A DNA stretch of 64,000 bases from Octopus sinensis (GCF_006345805.1 NC_043001.1:13640001-13704000); one strand, 5' to 3'; shown: positions 51,600 through 64,000, counted from the stretch's first letter. Numbers and translations are program-made. Notes: a model not told the origin generated them from the sequence alone.

Positions 51600-52601
51600 A
51601 CGAAAATGCATTCTTCATAACCACTCAGACAATCTTAATGCATTTAAGTTATAATTTACATCCAGGTGTGCTTGAAAAATTTGAATACCATAAAAGCAGA
51701 CGTTCCAGATGTGACAACTGAATCTTAATTAAAGAAAATACACCCAGATGTCTCATTTCAGTATAAAGCTATCAAGCTGTCTTGATGGAGATTTCACTTT
51801 TATATATTGCTTTATTAATACTGAAGCTCCCTTTTTTCCCCTACAGCAACCACAAAATGCTATATTAGATTATCGTAAAGTAGGGAGCGCTATAAATATA
51901 ATATTTGATTTTTTTCATTTGCTGGAATGAAAATTAAATTGATGAAGTGCACGATAAAAATTCTCATAAAAATAATATTTAAAGGTAGGGAACTAATTTT
52001 CTATCAATATGGTTATGATTTATGTTATTGAATCTTTTCTACTTCTATTTTCTAATCTTTCTTTTCATTTTGTTATATAATCCTCAAATATGGTTCCTTA
52101 TAAATCGGATTCAACACTGATTGATATTCTGTAAGAAATCCGAAATAATAGAAGAAGCCGCACAGCATTTTTGAAGAATCATTGACGCAAAATTGTTCAA
52201 ATTGAACAGAATGTCAAAATCACTTATCTTAAGTGAGTAAACAAAATAAGAAAAAAAACAATCCCGTTTATTTGTCTTCTTTGGCTAAATTTAGTGCATT
52301 TAAAAGCGCAAATTTTTTTTTTATTCGTGAAGACACGGGATTTTTCAAAACAGATTACAGATGAACCTTTCATATTTTGCTGAAAATCTTTATTTACTTT
52401 GAAACTCAAAACTAATTTTAATGGTTAATGAAAAACAAAAAAATATTAAATATAACAAACATTATCTTGCTGTTTGTAACATTTCCATCAGCACTGATTT
52501 GAACTGTAATTTTCCATTTCAAAAAATACATATTGTGAAGTACTTGGTTGTCTGTCAACTAACAGGTCATCAGGGACAAAATTCAATAAGCTTATTATTA
52601 T

Positions 52602-52653
<52 letters not shown>

Positions 52654-54727
52654 GGCTGAACAAGCACCTGGACGAAAACAAACTGTTCCCAGAAGAGCAG
52701 AAAGGATGCCGCAAGGGCTCATATGGCTGTAAAGATCAACTAATTATTACTAAAGCCGTAACTGAAGACAGTCCACAGAAAGAAGAAAGGCCTCAGTATG
52801 GCCTGGATTGACTACAAAAAGGCGTTTGATAGCATCCCCCACACATGGATCCTCGAAACACTAGCCATTAACAAAGTAGCACACCAACAATCATAAAATT
52901 CATAGAGCACTCTATGAATAAATGGCAAACAGTCCTACACCTCCAAACAAAAGAGGGACTCATGAAAACCAAAGACATCCCCATTAGAAGAGGAATATTC
53001 CAGGGAGACACGCTCTCTCCACTCCTTTTCTGCTTGGCACTGTCACCTCTATCTGATATGCTAAATAGAACTGGATGCGGATATAAATGTTACGGCAAAA
53101 CGATCAGCCACCTTTTATATATGGATGACCTAAAACTATACGCTGCAAATGACAAACAGCTGGAAACACTATTAAAGACAGTTCATGGATTTACCAAAGA
53201 AATAGATATGAAATTTGGATTAGAAAAATGCGCCAAAGTAACCATGAAAAGAGGAAAACTAGTTAAGAGTAACAACATCACACTAGATAAAACCAATGAA
53301 ATAAAAGAATAGACCAAAGCCAAACTTACAAATACTTAGGAATCCATGAACTAGATAAGACACAACACACACAAATGAAAGAGAAAATAAAAAAAGAATA
53401 TTATAGACGAGTTAGATCAATACTAAAAACAGAGCTCAATGCTAAAAACAAGCTGTCCCAGTTATAAGTTACAGCTACAATATCCTTAACTGGACACGAA
53501 ATGAACTGTCCAAAATAGACAGGAAAACAAGAAAAATACTGACAGGATCTAGGATGCATCACCCAAAATCTGACATAGAAAGACTATATATACAACGTAT
53601 AGAAGGTGGTAGAGGCCTTATACAGCTGGAAAACTACTATAAAATAACCACCATAGGACTGCAAAAATACCTACTTCAGAAGGAAGGAAAACTGATCCAG
53701 ATAGCAGCAAAACACGAGCAAAAAACAAAAAACTGTTCTCAGTATTTAAGGAAGCTGACAAATACAAACAAGAAATCATACCACCTAAAAACACAAAGAA
53801 GAAGAAGATGATGAAGAAAGAAACAACAAAAGCTATAAAACAAATGAAATCCAAACTAAAAATAGAACAGCAACGAGCCATGATAAAACGATGGCAAGAA
53901 AACCCCTTCATGGTAAATACTGCACTAAACTAAACGCAAAAGAAATAGAACAAAGCGAGACTCAAAGCAGAAACAGAGGGATTTTTAATTGCAGCACAAG
54001 ACCAAAGCCTCCCCACCAGAAATTACCAAAAACATGTAATGAAAAGAATATTACAAGTAACTGCAGAATATGTGGAGATGGACAAGAAACAATAAATCAT
54101 ATTATCTCTAGCTGCCCAGTCCTGGCTAAGAAGGAATATATTCACAGACACGACAGAGTTGGAACCTACATACATTGGAAGCTATGCCAACATTATGGAA
54201 TACACACAGAAAAAAGATGGTATAGGCACACACCAGAAAAGGTCACAGAAAACGAGAAAGCAACCATACTCTGGGATATGCCGATACACCAGATAGAGAA
54301 ATTAAGGCCAACAGACCAGATATAGTTGTCAGAGATCATGAAGAAAAAAAATGCTTTCTAATTGATGTATCAATACCGGCAGATGACAACGTGTTTCTAA
54401 AAGAAATGGAGAAACTCTCAAAATACAAAGACCTGGAAATAGAGGTAACTAGAATGTGGAACCTGAAAACAGAAACAATTCCTATCATAGTAGGTGCATT
54501 AGGCATGATAAAAAAATATTCAGACAAATACATAACAAAAACACCAGGACTTACAAACACATATAACATACAGAAAATTGCACTACTAGGCACTGCACAC
54601 ATCCTACGCAGAACACTTTCCATACAATAACCATCAGAGCATCACAACAAATCACAGAACATACCCAAGGCACACAGAGCTGCGCTCGGTAGTGAAGTGA
54701 AAGCACGCTATAAAAATAAAACTACTG
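52654..54727 (+). mobile_element. 5'-truncated R4/Dong-clade LINE, second subfamily, frameshifted
   Basis: GIFQGDTLSPLLF, HLLYMDDLKL, GGRGL, CRICGDGQETINHIISSC, HDRV, KYKDLEIEV; (AAT)n at both ends. Confidence 0.93.
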
Positions 54728-54743
54728 AATAATAATAATGATA

Positions 54744-55295
54744 GATGCCCTGAGGACGTACCAGGCAGTGGCTTTCATGGCTTCCGATCTTAACTGATTG
54801 GAAGTGTTATCATGTACATTGTTTAGTTTTGGTATAAAAGATGGGCTACAGCAAATATTCTGCTCAATACCACAGATTTGCTTGTCAGTTGTTTGACCTT
54901 AACCAGTTGAGCATGCCCCTTGGTGGCTGATGATATGTGCATCTCTGATCACGAACAGAAGTAGTGGGGGAGTATTATAGCCGTGTGTTGAAAGGAATTC
55001 TGAGAGGTTTGGATAATTCACCTTTGGAAACATTGGTGTTTCGTTCAACATCCTTAAACAATCCTTATCCAGGGAACTTTTGAGTGGGATGGGTTACACG
55101 ACCAGAAGAAAATTCTAACTGGGCCCCACCCGCAGGATCATGTGCTGTTTATCTTTATATGAGATCACCATGTCGCGCACATATGGTTGTGATGCATGTG
55201 CTTAGTGTACCCTTATCAGACGGGTAGTCATGATGGATAAACTGGGCTTCGTATATTTTACTCCAGTGCCACGGTGATGGCATGCACTGCTCTCT
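54744..55295 (+). mobile_element. Family D repeat
   Basis: Homologous to 24311-24845. Confidence 0.8.
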
Positions 55296-55447
55296 GACAA
55301 CGTGTCTCTAAAAGAAATTGAGAAACTTTCAAAATACAAAGACCTGGAAATAGAGGTAACTCGAATGTGGAATCTAAAAACAGAAAAAAATATTATCACA
55401 GTAGACGCATTAGATACGATAAAAATATATTCAGACAAATACATAAC
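55296..55447 (+). mobile_element. R4/Dong 3' ORF scrap
   Basis: DNVSLKEIEKLSKYKDLEIEVTRMWNLK; similar to ~54383-54535. Confidence 0.85.
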
Positions 55448-55456
55448 ATGATAATG

Positions 55457-55503
<47 letters not shown>

Positions 55504-55536
55504 AATAATGATAATAATAATAATAATAATAATATG

Positions 55537-55569
<33 letters not shown>

Positions 55570-55592
55570 TAATAATAATAATAATGATAATG

Positions 55593-55666
<74 letters not shown>

Positions 55667-55709
55667 GTAATAATAATATTAATAATAAATAATGATCATA
55701 ATAATAATA

Positions 55710-55740
<31 letters not shown>

Positions 55741-55774
55741 TAATAGTGATCATAATAATAATAATAATAATATG

Positions 55775-55807
<33 letters not shown>

Positions 55808-55968
55808 TAATGATCATAATAATAATAATAATAATAATGATAATAATAATAATAATCATAATAATAATAATATTAATAATAATAATAATAATAATAAAAT
55901 AATAATGATCATAATAATAATAATAATATGATAATGATAATAATAATATAATAATAATAATAATAATA

Positions 55969-56019
<51 letters not shown>

Positions 56020-56111
56020 GTAATAATAATAATATTAATAATAATAATAATATAATAATAATATAATATAATAATAATAATAATAATATTAATAATAATA
56101 ATAATAATAAT

Positions 56112-56152
<41 letters not shown>

Positions 56153-56283
56153 TAATAATAATAATAATAATAATATTAATAATAATAATAGTAATAATAA
56201 TATTAATAATAATAATTGTAATAATAATAATAATATAATAATATTAATAATAATAATATTAATAATAATAATAATAATAATAT

Positions 56284-56327
<44 letters not shown>

Positions 56328-56329
56328 TC

Positions 56330-56360
<31 letters not shown>

Positions 56361-56415
56361 TAATAATAATAATAATAATAATAATATTAATAATAATAAT
56401 GATCATAATAATAAT
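55448..56415 (+). repeat. ~970-bp imperfect (AAT)n tract
   Basis: Direct reading; GAT/GATCAT/AGT interruptions. Confidence 0.97.
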
Positions 56416-56954
56416 CCATTCTGCTATAGGCACCAGACATGAAATCTGAGCGCGAGGCGGTTAGTTAATTACATCGACCTCAGTTTCAGCCGTATAAAGT
56501 TTTCAAGACACCTCGATTCCATTCAATGCATCTCCCTTTCTTTATTCTTTGTGCCTGAAATATTCTTAAGTCTTTACTTTAGTTGATGAGCTCGCATCAA
56601 CTACGTAAATTTGGTATAAATTCTGTATCTCCTTTATTCTTTTATACATCGCTACATTTATTTATCAGTATTTTCATATAATTTGACTCTAGAAAGTTTC
56701 AATTACCAGTCCCAAGTTTATAGTGAAATCTTGCTTACGAATCTAAGAATTAGATTTTAGAGAGGAAATAATATTCCATACGTATAAAAATAAATGTGTC
56801 CTTCAGGATTTGAACCGTGGATAGATAATTCCATCATTAGCTAAAAAGGAATCACTCAACTCCTCAGCAGTTGTCGCTGGCTTCATTAGAAGATAAATGG
56901 AATTGTCACTCAAAAAGAATTCCGATAGCATAAATCGTAATATATTTTTACTCT

Positions 56955-57537
56955 AAGGTGTCGAGCTGGCAGAAACGTTTGCACGTCGGGCGAAATACTT
57001 AGCGGTATTTCATCTGCCGTTACGTTCTGAGTTCAAATTCCGCCGAGGTCGACTTTGCCTTTCATCCTTTCGGGGTCGATTAAATAAGTACCAGTTACGC
57101 ACTGGGGTCGATTTAATCGATTTAATCCGTTTGTCTGTCCTTGTTTGTTCCCTCTATGCTGAGCCCCTTGTGAGTAATAAAGAAACAGGTATTTCGTCTG
57201 CCGTTACGTTCTGAGATCAAATTCCGCCGAAGTCGACTTTGCCTTTCATTCTTTCGGGGTCGATTAAATAAGTACCAGTTAAGCACTGGGGTCGATATAA
57301 TCGACTTAATCCGTTTGTTTGTCCTTGTTTTTTCCCTCTATGTTTAGCCCTTTGTGGGTAGTAAAGAAATAGGTATTTTACCTCTCGCTACGTTCTGAGT
57401 TCAAATTCCGCCGAGATCCACTTTGCCGTTCATCCTTTCGAGATCGATAAATTAAATACCAGTGACGCACTGGGGTAGATCTAATCGACTGGCCCCCTCC
57501 CCAGAAATTTCGGGCCTTGTGCCTAGATTAGAAAAGA
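56955..57537 (+). mobile_element. SINE family B trimer, last unit with an alternative tail
   Basis: Units restart at ggtattt; the last ends ccccagaaatttcgggccttgtgcctagattagaaaag. Confidence 0.9.
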
Positions 57538-58607
57538 ACATACTTTTACTCTTCGTCATATTCAACCTTTTACTTTATGCAATGGCAGTCATCTATGAAT
57601 GTTATTTACGTATTAATTTACATTCTACAGAGAAATCATCTGGAGATTCTTCTGAGACCTTCAGATGACGAACCAACAAAGGATTGTTATGTATTCAATA
57701 TGATGTAATTGGTAGCCAAATCCATAACAAGTACTACATTAATGTTTGTGAAAAACTCATTGACAAACATAAAAATAGCTGCATTGTTTGAGAGAAATAC
57801 GGGGCCCATGGCTAGAAAATCTACGTTCGTTGGTTAACCTGATCAGGTTTAGACTACGGTAAAACCTAACTGCTTTAGCCTAGCAACATAAGCTCTTTAC
57901 CGATTAAATAGGCTTTAATGGCTTACACTGACAAGTCCATGTGTTTTCTGAATAAATGTATTTCTTGTGATATACTAATGGACTAAAATAAGCATGTGGT
58001 TTGATAAGTTCTGACAAACAAACGTGATTATCTTTAAAAATATCAATGATGACTGTCGAATGTTTCTTAATTATAATGTTTGTTTGCCGCAAGAGGACAT
58101 GAATACGCTAATCAGCTCTGTTTATTTTGGCGGACGTTCACTGGAACTTATGAAATACGTCAATAATATATGCCAATAAGAATATTCCTTACAAAAGTAA
58201 TCACGTGCCATTTTGGTAAGAGCTTCTTCAATAAACGTATTCCGTGAAACTAATTCTGTCTACGTTCATTTAAAATCATTTTCTTCTGTCGATGGAATCA
58301 ATGTCGGTCTTTTGAACAGCAAATAATACGTTTTGTTCTGCACATGGGTGTTTAGATTAAGAGAAACCCTATATTTATCAATGATTAATGAATTATGCTG
58401 CAATATTTATATATCAATACGCTAAACCTAAATGTGTGATTGCTGTCTCGTGGTTAGTTGAAAGAATTGGAGAACGGGAGAGAGGACAGTAAAAAGAGAT
58501 AAAGGTGAGAGATAACATTGTTCGCTGTTATGTTATGTGTTTAAAGAGTTAGTAGAACGAAAAGGTAAAGAGTAAGAGGGTGGAGGGAGAGAAACAGAAT
58601 ATGTTAG

Positions 58608-58897
58608 AGCCGAACAAACCCTTGTGAGTGGATATGGTAGACGGAAATTGAAAGAAGCCCGTCGTATATATGTGTATATGTATGTATGCATCTGTGTATG
58701 TTTGTGTGTCAGTGTTTGTCCCCCCAACATCGCTTGACAGTCGTAGCTTAGCGGTTCGGCAAAGGTGACCGATATATTAAGTACTAGGCTTACAAAGAAT
58801 AACTCCAGGGATTGATTTGTCTGACTAAAGGCGGTGATCCAGCATGGCCCCAGTCATATGACCGAAACAAGCAACAGAGTAAAAGAGTAAAGAGAGT
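58608..58897 (+). mobile_element. SINE family A, 5'-truncated, with an internal deletion
   Basis: Shares private variants and 3' flank with 26304-26725. Confidence 0.85.
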
Positions 58898-59543
58898 ATA
58901 ACTATAGATGAAACACAGGTAAAGAGGGTGACTGAGTGTTTACTGAAACGGAAACGGGACTGGAAATCAATTATCTGATTTTTAACGTCGTATAACAGAA
59001 TATTGTGACAGACAATGAAAATGAAACTTCAGTTATTCTGACAGGTTTTAATGTTCGAACGTTCCAATATCCATCGTTGTATTGATCTATCCAAATAGGA
59101 AAGAGAAAGTGTAAAATAGATTATTACTTCAGTTTTTGATAGGACGTGTTTAACACTTTGCCTTGTTATTGAGCTGCTGTAAATGTATATAAGTGTTTGT
59201 GTGTTTCATATCTAAAATTAATATATACCTATACATACATGCATGTATACAGACACAGCCTCACACACACACAACACAGATATATATACATGTATATTAT
59301 GTAAATATATATATCTATACACACACACACACACGCACATATATATATATATATATATGTATGTATATATATATATATATATATATATGTAATTTAGGTA
59401 TTTTAGATGAGTTCAGGAAAAATTTAGATTCAGATGAATATGGTACTTAAGTTGAGGCACCAGAATTTAGTAAGGTATTATCCATACAATTGCAAAAGAA
59501 GGTGATTAAAATCAAAATAATCAACAAGGATATCGAGAGGTAA

Positions 59544-59630
59544 TGCAGTACGATCGTTTCATGCAACTCTATTTAATTAAACAATGCAATCATTACATCA
59601 ATTTAAAATGTAAAGCAATCTTCAGCTGCA
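59544..59630 (-). ncRNA. Mirror copy of the candidate hammerhead in the left arm
   Basis: All core and stem I/III nucleotides conserved on the minus strand. Confidence 0.45.
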
Positions 59631-59852
59631 CAAAGACATAGAATTTAATTAAATTAGAATAGGGTCTTCTGTAGGTAAATCGACAAACGATAATTTAGAG
59701 GAACTGTAGAAGAAAATTCCAAATTGTTCTTAATTGTGCAAATGGTCAGAGAGCAAGACTAGATTACATGAATGTGATCGTGTTTAGAAGACACTGTTTA
59801 GTAATCAAAGAAGACAGACTCTGTTCTAATTTAATTAAATTCTTTGTATTTC

Positions 59853-59939
59853 TGCAGCTGAAGATTGCTCTACATTTTAGATAGATGTAACGATTGCTTT
59901 GTTCAATTAAATTGAGTTGCATGAAACGATCGTACTGCA
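59853..59939 (+). ncRNA. Candidate type I hammerhead ribozyme with atypical expanded stem II
   Basis: UGCAG CUGAAGA ... GAAAC GAUC GUA CUGCA; 5-bp stem I, palindromic stem III; stem II closes with U-U then 3 bp. Confidence 0.45.
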
Positions 59940-59976
59940 TTACCTCTGGATATCCTTGTTGCTTATTTTGATATAT

Positions 59977-60032
<56 letters not shown>

Positions 60033-60591
60033 TAAATACATGAATTTGATTTATTCAACAGAAAACTTAATTTTCATACATTTTCCTTTGACGATGGAGG
60101 AGTGTGAAGCGCTTCTTGAACACAATTTATGCAGAACGCTTTAAATAGGATTTCAGCTGTGTCCATACAAATTCAAAATACTGAGGATAATTTCAGCCCC
60201 TTCCTGGCAGTCAACATCCTCTTTGTTTATTTAAAACTATTCCCGTTTCTTTTATGATTGATTTGATAGGTATAATCCTCGTTGGCATTTCATGGTACCT
60301 TCAGCACAATAATTAGGTATATTTTGTCGAATGAGACAATTATACAGAGTCTGTCTTCTTTCATTATTAAACAGTGTCTTCTAAACACGATCACATTCAT
60401 GTAATCTAATCATTTCCACCATTAAGAACAATTTGGAATTTTCGTCTACAGTTCCTCGAAATTATCGTTTGTAGATGTTTTGTCCCTTGTTTGACTTTGA
60501 TCCAACTGGTTTCTGACATGTATTTCAACCATATAGTACCGATTTAAGTTACAAAATATATTAATGATTCCCATAGTTAGACTTACACATA

Positions 60592-60632
<41 letters not shown>

Positions 60633-60696
60633 TATTATTATTATTATTATTATTATTATCATTATTATTATTACTATTATTATTATTATTATTATG

Positions 60697-61082
60697 ATCA
60701 TCATGTCTTTTGTTCTTTCTTCAAATTTTCTTCCGTTTCTCGCCGAGCGTTTTCCATACACCTAGGACAGAGAAGCTCATTGTATGCATACCCAGATTAC
60801 ACACGCAAATTCACAGATAAATTTTTTTTTTTAATTTTTAAACAAATTAATTCATGAATGGATGTTGTTTTCACAGCGATAGTGCTCTTCTCAGTACATG
60901 AGTCGTTCCAGTTAACACGATTTTTTGCACTTCCTGTAGGGATGGTAAACCTGGTATCATTTTCAAATAGGTTTCAGTACCTTTTTTTATCATTCCTAGA
61001 CATCCTACAATCACTGGTACTGTAGTCGCCTTGAGATGCCACATTTTTTCAATTTCTATTAGCAAGTTTTTATACTTACTGA
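60697..61082 (-). mobile_element. R4/Dong 3' end (ORF end plus UTR) within (AAT)n, third subfamily
   Basis: IEIEKMWHLKATTVPVIVGCLGMIKKG...TGTTHVLRRALSL*; (TAT)n on both plus-strand flanks. Confidence 0.88.
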
Positions 61083-61989
61083 TTATTATTATTATTATTA
61101 ATATTATTATTATTACTTTATAATTTGTAATAACTTATTCCTCATATGTATTATATTAAAATAATATCCCTGTAGTATATCACTTTAAACATAAATTCAT
61201 ATATATGCGTGTGTGTGTGTGTGTGTGTGTTCATCGTTGGCAGAAGAGAATCGTTTGTTTTGTGCAAGAGAACTGCAAGATCACCCAATTTCGACGGTAT
61301 GCGTCTTTTTCATTGAGAGTTCACCGCTCGCCACATAACAGCCAAATTTCACCACCAGCGACAAAACTAGGAACTGATGTCGCAATTATTCCTTAGGCTT
61401 CTGTCTCTAATAAACATTCCACCTTCAAACTTCTATGCATTATGGCATGAAAAGTAAGATCATTTTGTATCCTGATGACTGAGGTTCGATTTATCCCAAT
61501 GTTTATTTGTTTCCATTACGGCCTGCATATTTCGGTGAACTACATTTACCAACACTAAGATGGATCTCCGAGCCCCCAGTAACACTTTTTGAAATTATAA
61601 CACCTCACCACTTCTCCTTTAATTTTTCTCTGTCGCTTGTAGTTTGTGTGAGTTGGATCCATTAATATAAATATCAAGATGCTTATACTTAAATATTAAT
61701 GGTTTTTCAGTTTTCATTCTATGTTCTCTCTGTTTGCATGTACACACATATATATATGTGTTTTGTATATCAAACCCGATCGGTTATATTTAATTTATTT
61801 ATCCGCGTATTTTCCTCCATACTCGCTTCCCTTGACTCCTCTTATAGCCAGTCTTTACCCCATAGAATTGGTCCCACTTAAAGACCTCGGAGTTTAAGCT
61901 TGAATCATTTGAACTCTACAAAGTGTTTTCTAAACAGAAAATCTTTTATTTTATCTGTTGACATACACACACACACGTACCCACACACC

Positions 61990-62004
61990 CACACACTTAT
62001 AAAG

Positions 62005-62058
<54 letters not shown>

Positions 62059-62116
62059 TACATGCATATATATATATACACATGTATTATGTATATAATA
62101 TATATATGTATGTATT

Positions 62117-62162
<46 letters not shown>

Positions 62163-62221
62163 ATATACTTACATGCATATATATATATACACATGTATTA
62201 TGTATATAATATATATGTATG

Positions 62222-62282
<61 letters not shown>
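61990..62282. repeat. (TA)n/(GA)n tract with an internal ~110-bp tandem duplication
   Basis: tacatgcatatatatatatacacatgtattatg at ~62058 and ~62170. Confidence 0.85.
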
Positions 62283-62288
<6 letters not shown>

Positions 62289-62692
62289 CAATGACCCAGT
62301 GGTTAGTGCAGCGGACGCGCGGTCGGAGGATATTCTTAGCATATTCATAAACCTTTTTACACCTATTCCACAACAAGAAAACTCTCGTCGCCCTTTTCAA
62401 ACCTACCCAGGTTCATGGGCCCGGTTTCCCGGTTTCTGTGGCGTATGTCTACCCCCACCAGTTGGAAGGGACGCCAGTCCATCGCAGCGTTACTCAAGAA
62501 ACAGGAAGAGAGAGTGAGAGAAAGTTGTGGCGAAAGAGTACAACAGGGGTCGCCACCACTCCTTGCTGGAGCCTTGTGGAGCTCTTAGATGTTTTCGCTC
62601 AGTAAACACACACAAAGCCCAGTCTGGGAATCGAAACCGCGATCCTCCGACCGCAAGTTCGCTGCCCTAACCATTGGGCCATTGCGCCTCCA
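62283..62692 (-). mobile_element. SINE family C (RTE-like tail, minus) with an inverted head fragment at 62283-62331 (+)
   Basis: Heads face inward at both ends. Confidence 0.8.
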
Positions 62693-62704
62693 ACAAGACA
62701 ACTA

Positions 62705-62945
62705 CAATACAGGAATGGAGAAAAACTGACGCGATATGAAACTCTGAAGGCAGAAATCAGAAATTTATCATCGGTCAATGGAAAAAGTATATAAATCGCC
62801 ATTAACTGTTAGTGTTGCGAGTAAATATATTACTAAGTATATTTTTGAATCCCTGTAGACTAGATAATTCCATCCTGTCAGACGAGCGTCAAACATTGGT
62901 ATAGAATGCACAAAGAATGATTATAAGGCTTAGAATGAAGAACAG
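62705..62945 (+). pseudogene. Very old R4-like endonuclease C-terminal remnant
   Basis: EKLTRYETLKAEIRNL resembles the EKxxKYxDLxxEI motif. Confidence 0.3.
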
Positions 62946-64000
62946 TTCTTAAAAACACAAACAGCATACAATAAAGTGTCGATGTTACAGACAAATTCAA
63001 CAGATTTTAAAATCGTACATAATGAAAACCTAGTTTATGGAGACGGACATAACACAAGTATACAATCTAAATGTGATACGCAAACCTTAGATTACTTTAT
63101 TATGTGAGATTGAATAGCGAAATCCAAAGAATAATTTTAGAAACGATATTGTGAACACTTTTGAATATATCATAGGTTTTAGGATTATGATGTATGAAAG
63201 TATAAATATTGGATACTGCCATATTATAAGAATGAAACAATAAAAAGTGTATAGCTGATCTTCGTATAGGAGAACAAATGAGTCTCTGAGTGCTGGAACA
63301 TAACAATGACACGTCAATATCGATAAAGAATACGAAGACGTCACCATATCGGACCTATTGATAAGAGAGGCAGATGTCAATATCATAAGAATAAATTAAA
63401 TAATCTATGTAGCTAGAGAAGCACTTACAATGGAATATGGTTAATTCCGCAAGATTTCTCACCCTCGAACACAGAAACTCAAGTACACAATAGGTGCAAA
63501 TTAAAAATTTTTAAAAAACATACGCAGAAATGCGAAAAATGTTAGTGTGATAAATTCAATAAAGCGCGCACTATGCTAGAGCGATACAGCATATCACAAT
63601 ACAAATTTCCCCAAATAATACTTTCTGCTTATCATAATACAGACGCAGAACAAGCACTACAGAAAAGAGTCGTTATTTATTTTACTATCTCTCTGTCTCT
63701 CTGGCAGATTTCAATTTACACTGCGACTCAATGATATATTACATGTCTATCTATAAACGATTTACAGAGAGCCAGGTGAAAATATTATCAATAAATACAA
63801 ATATAAAAATGCTCTGGAATGTTGACTTCCGATAGAATATAAATAATTTTCAGTCTTTAAAAAAAAAATAGCGTGATCATAGGGAGAAAACTGACCTCTA
63901 CGCCATAAAATATGCTCCCAGTGTCTTGCATTCGTCGTTATTATGTTGGCACTAAAAACCTTTAACCTACGGATTGCAGCATTGTAAATGTTGGTGCAAC

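Larger units (their letters stand above)
59511..59972. mobile_element. Fold-back element, ~156-bp imperfect arms, probably an inverted PLE pseudo-LTR pair
   Basis: Arms 59511-59666 and 59817-59972; spacer recopied in inverted orientation at ~60344-60476. Confidence 0.75.

Noticed and set aside
61244-61296. 53-nt AG...GT segment open in all three frames
   Set aside because: Short, with no frame discrimination and no recognisable peptide.

Overview
AT-rich, microsatellite-dense eukaryotic genomic DNA. The repeat families look like those of an octopus or other coleoid cephalopod; this is recognition from memory, not a database search. No host protein-coding gene can be called with confidence: almost all listed ORFs are translations of simple repeats or transposon remnants, and only a few small splice-bounded exon candidates remain. 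The window is probably intronic or intergenic. Contents: (i) three tRNA-headed SINE families, many with 11-20 bp target-site duplications (TSDs). (ii) R4/Dong-type LINEs (RT plus restriction-like endonuclease), nearly all abutting (AAT)n in one polarity. (iii) A young, GC-rich Tx1/L1-type LINE with both junctions in (GATA)n. (iv) CR1-type 3' ends in (TA)n. (v) Penelope-like element (PLE) protein remnants. (vi) Mariner derivatives and non-autonomous Helitrons. (vii) Several long fold-back inverted repeats. The most interesting signals are: a tRNA-headed non-autonomous element carrying a minimal hammerhead ribozyme plus a PLE-style inverted tail fragment, whose (AAT)n linker served as a landing pad for an R4/Dong LINE; a second fold-back element with a hammerhead-like core in each arm; and an ORF1-only (HAL1-like) retro-insert with a 22-bp TSD whose 3' tail is shared with the Tx1-like LINE and the commonest SINE. 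TE boundaries are hand-read and approximate unless a TSD or terminal motif is quoted. No CRISPR, rRNA or true tRNA gene was seen.
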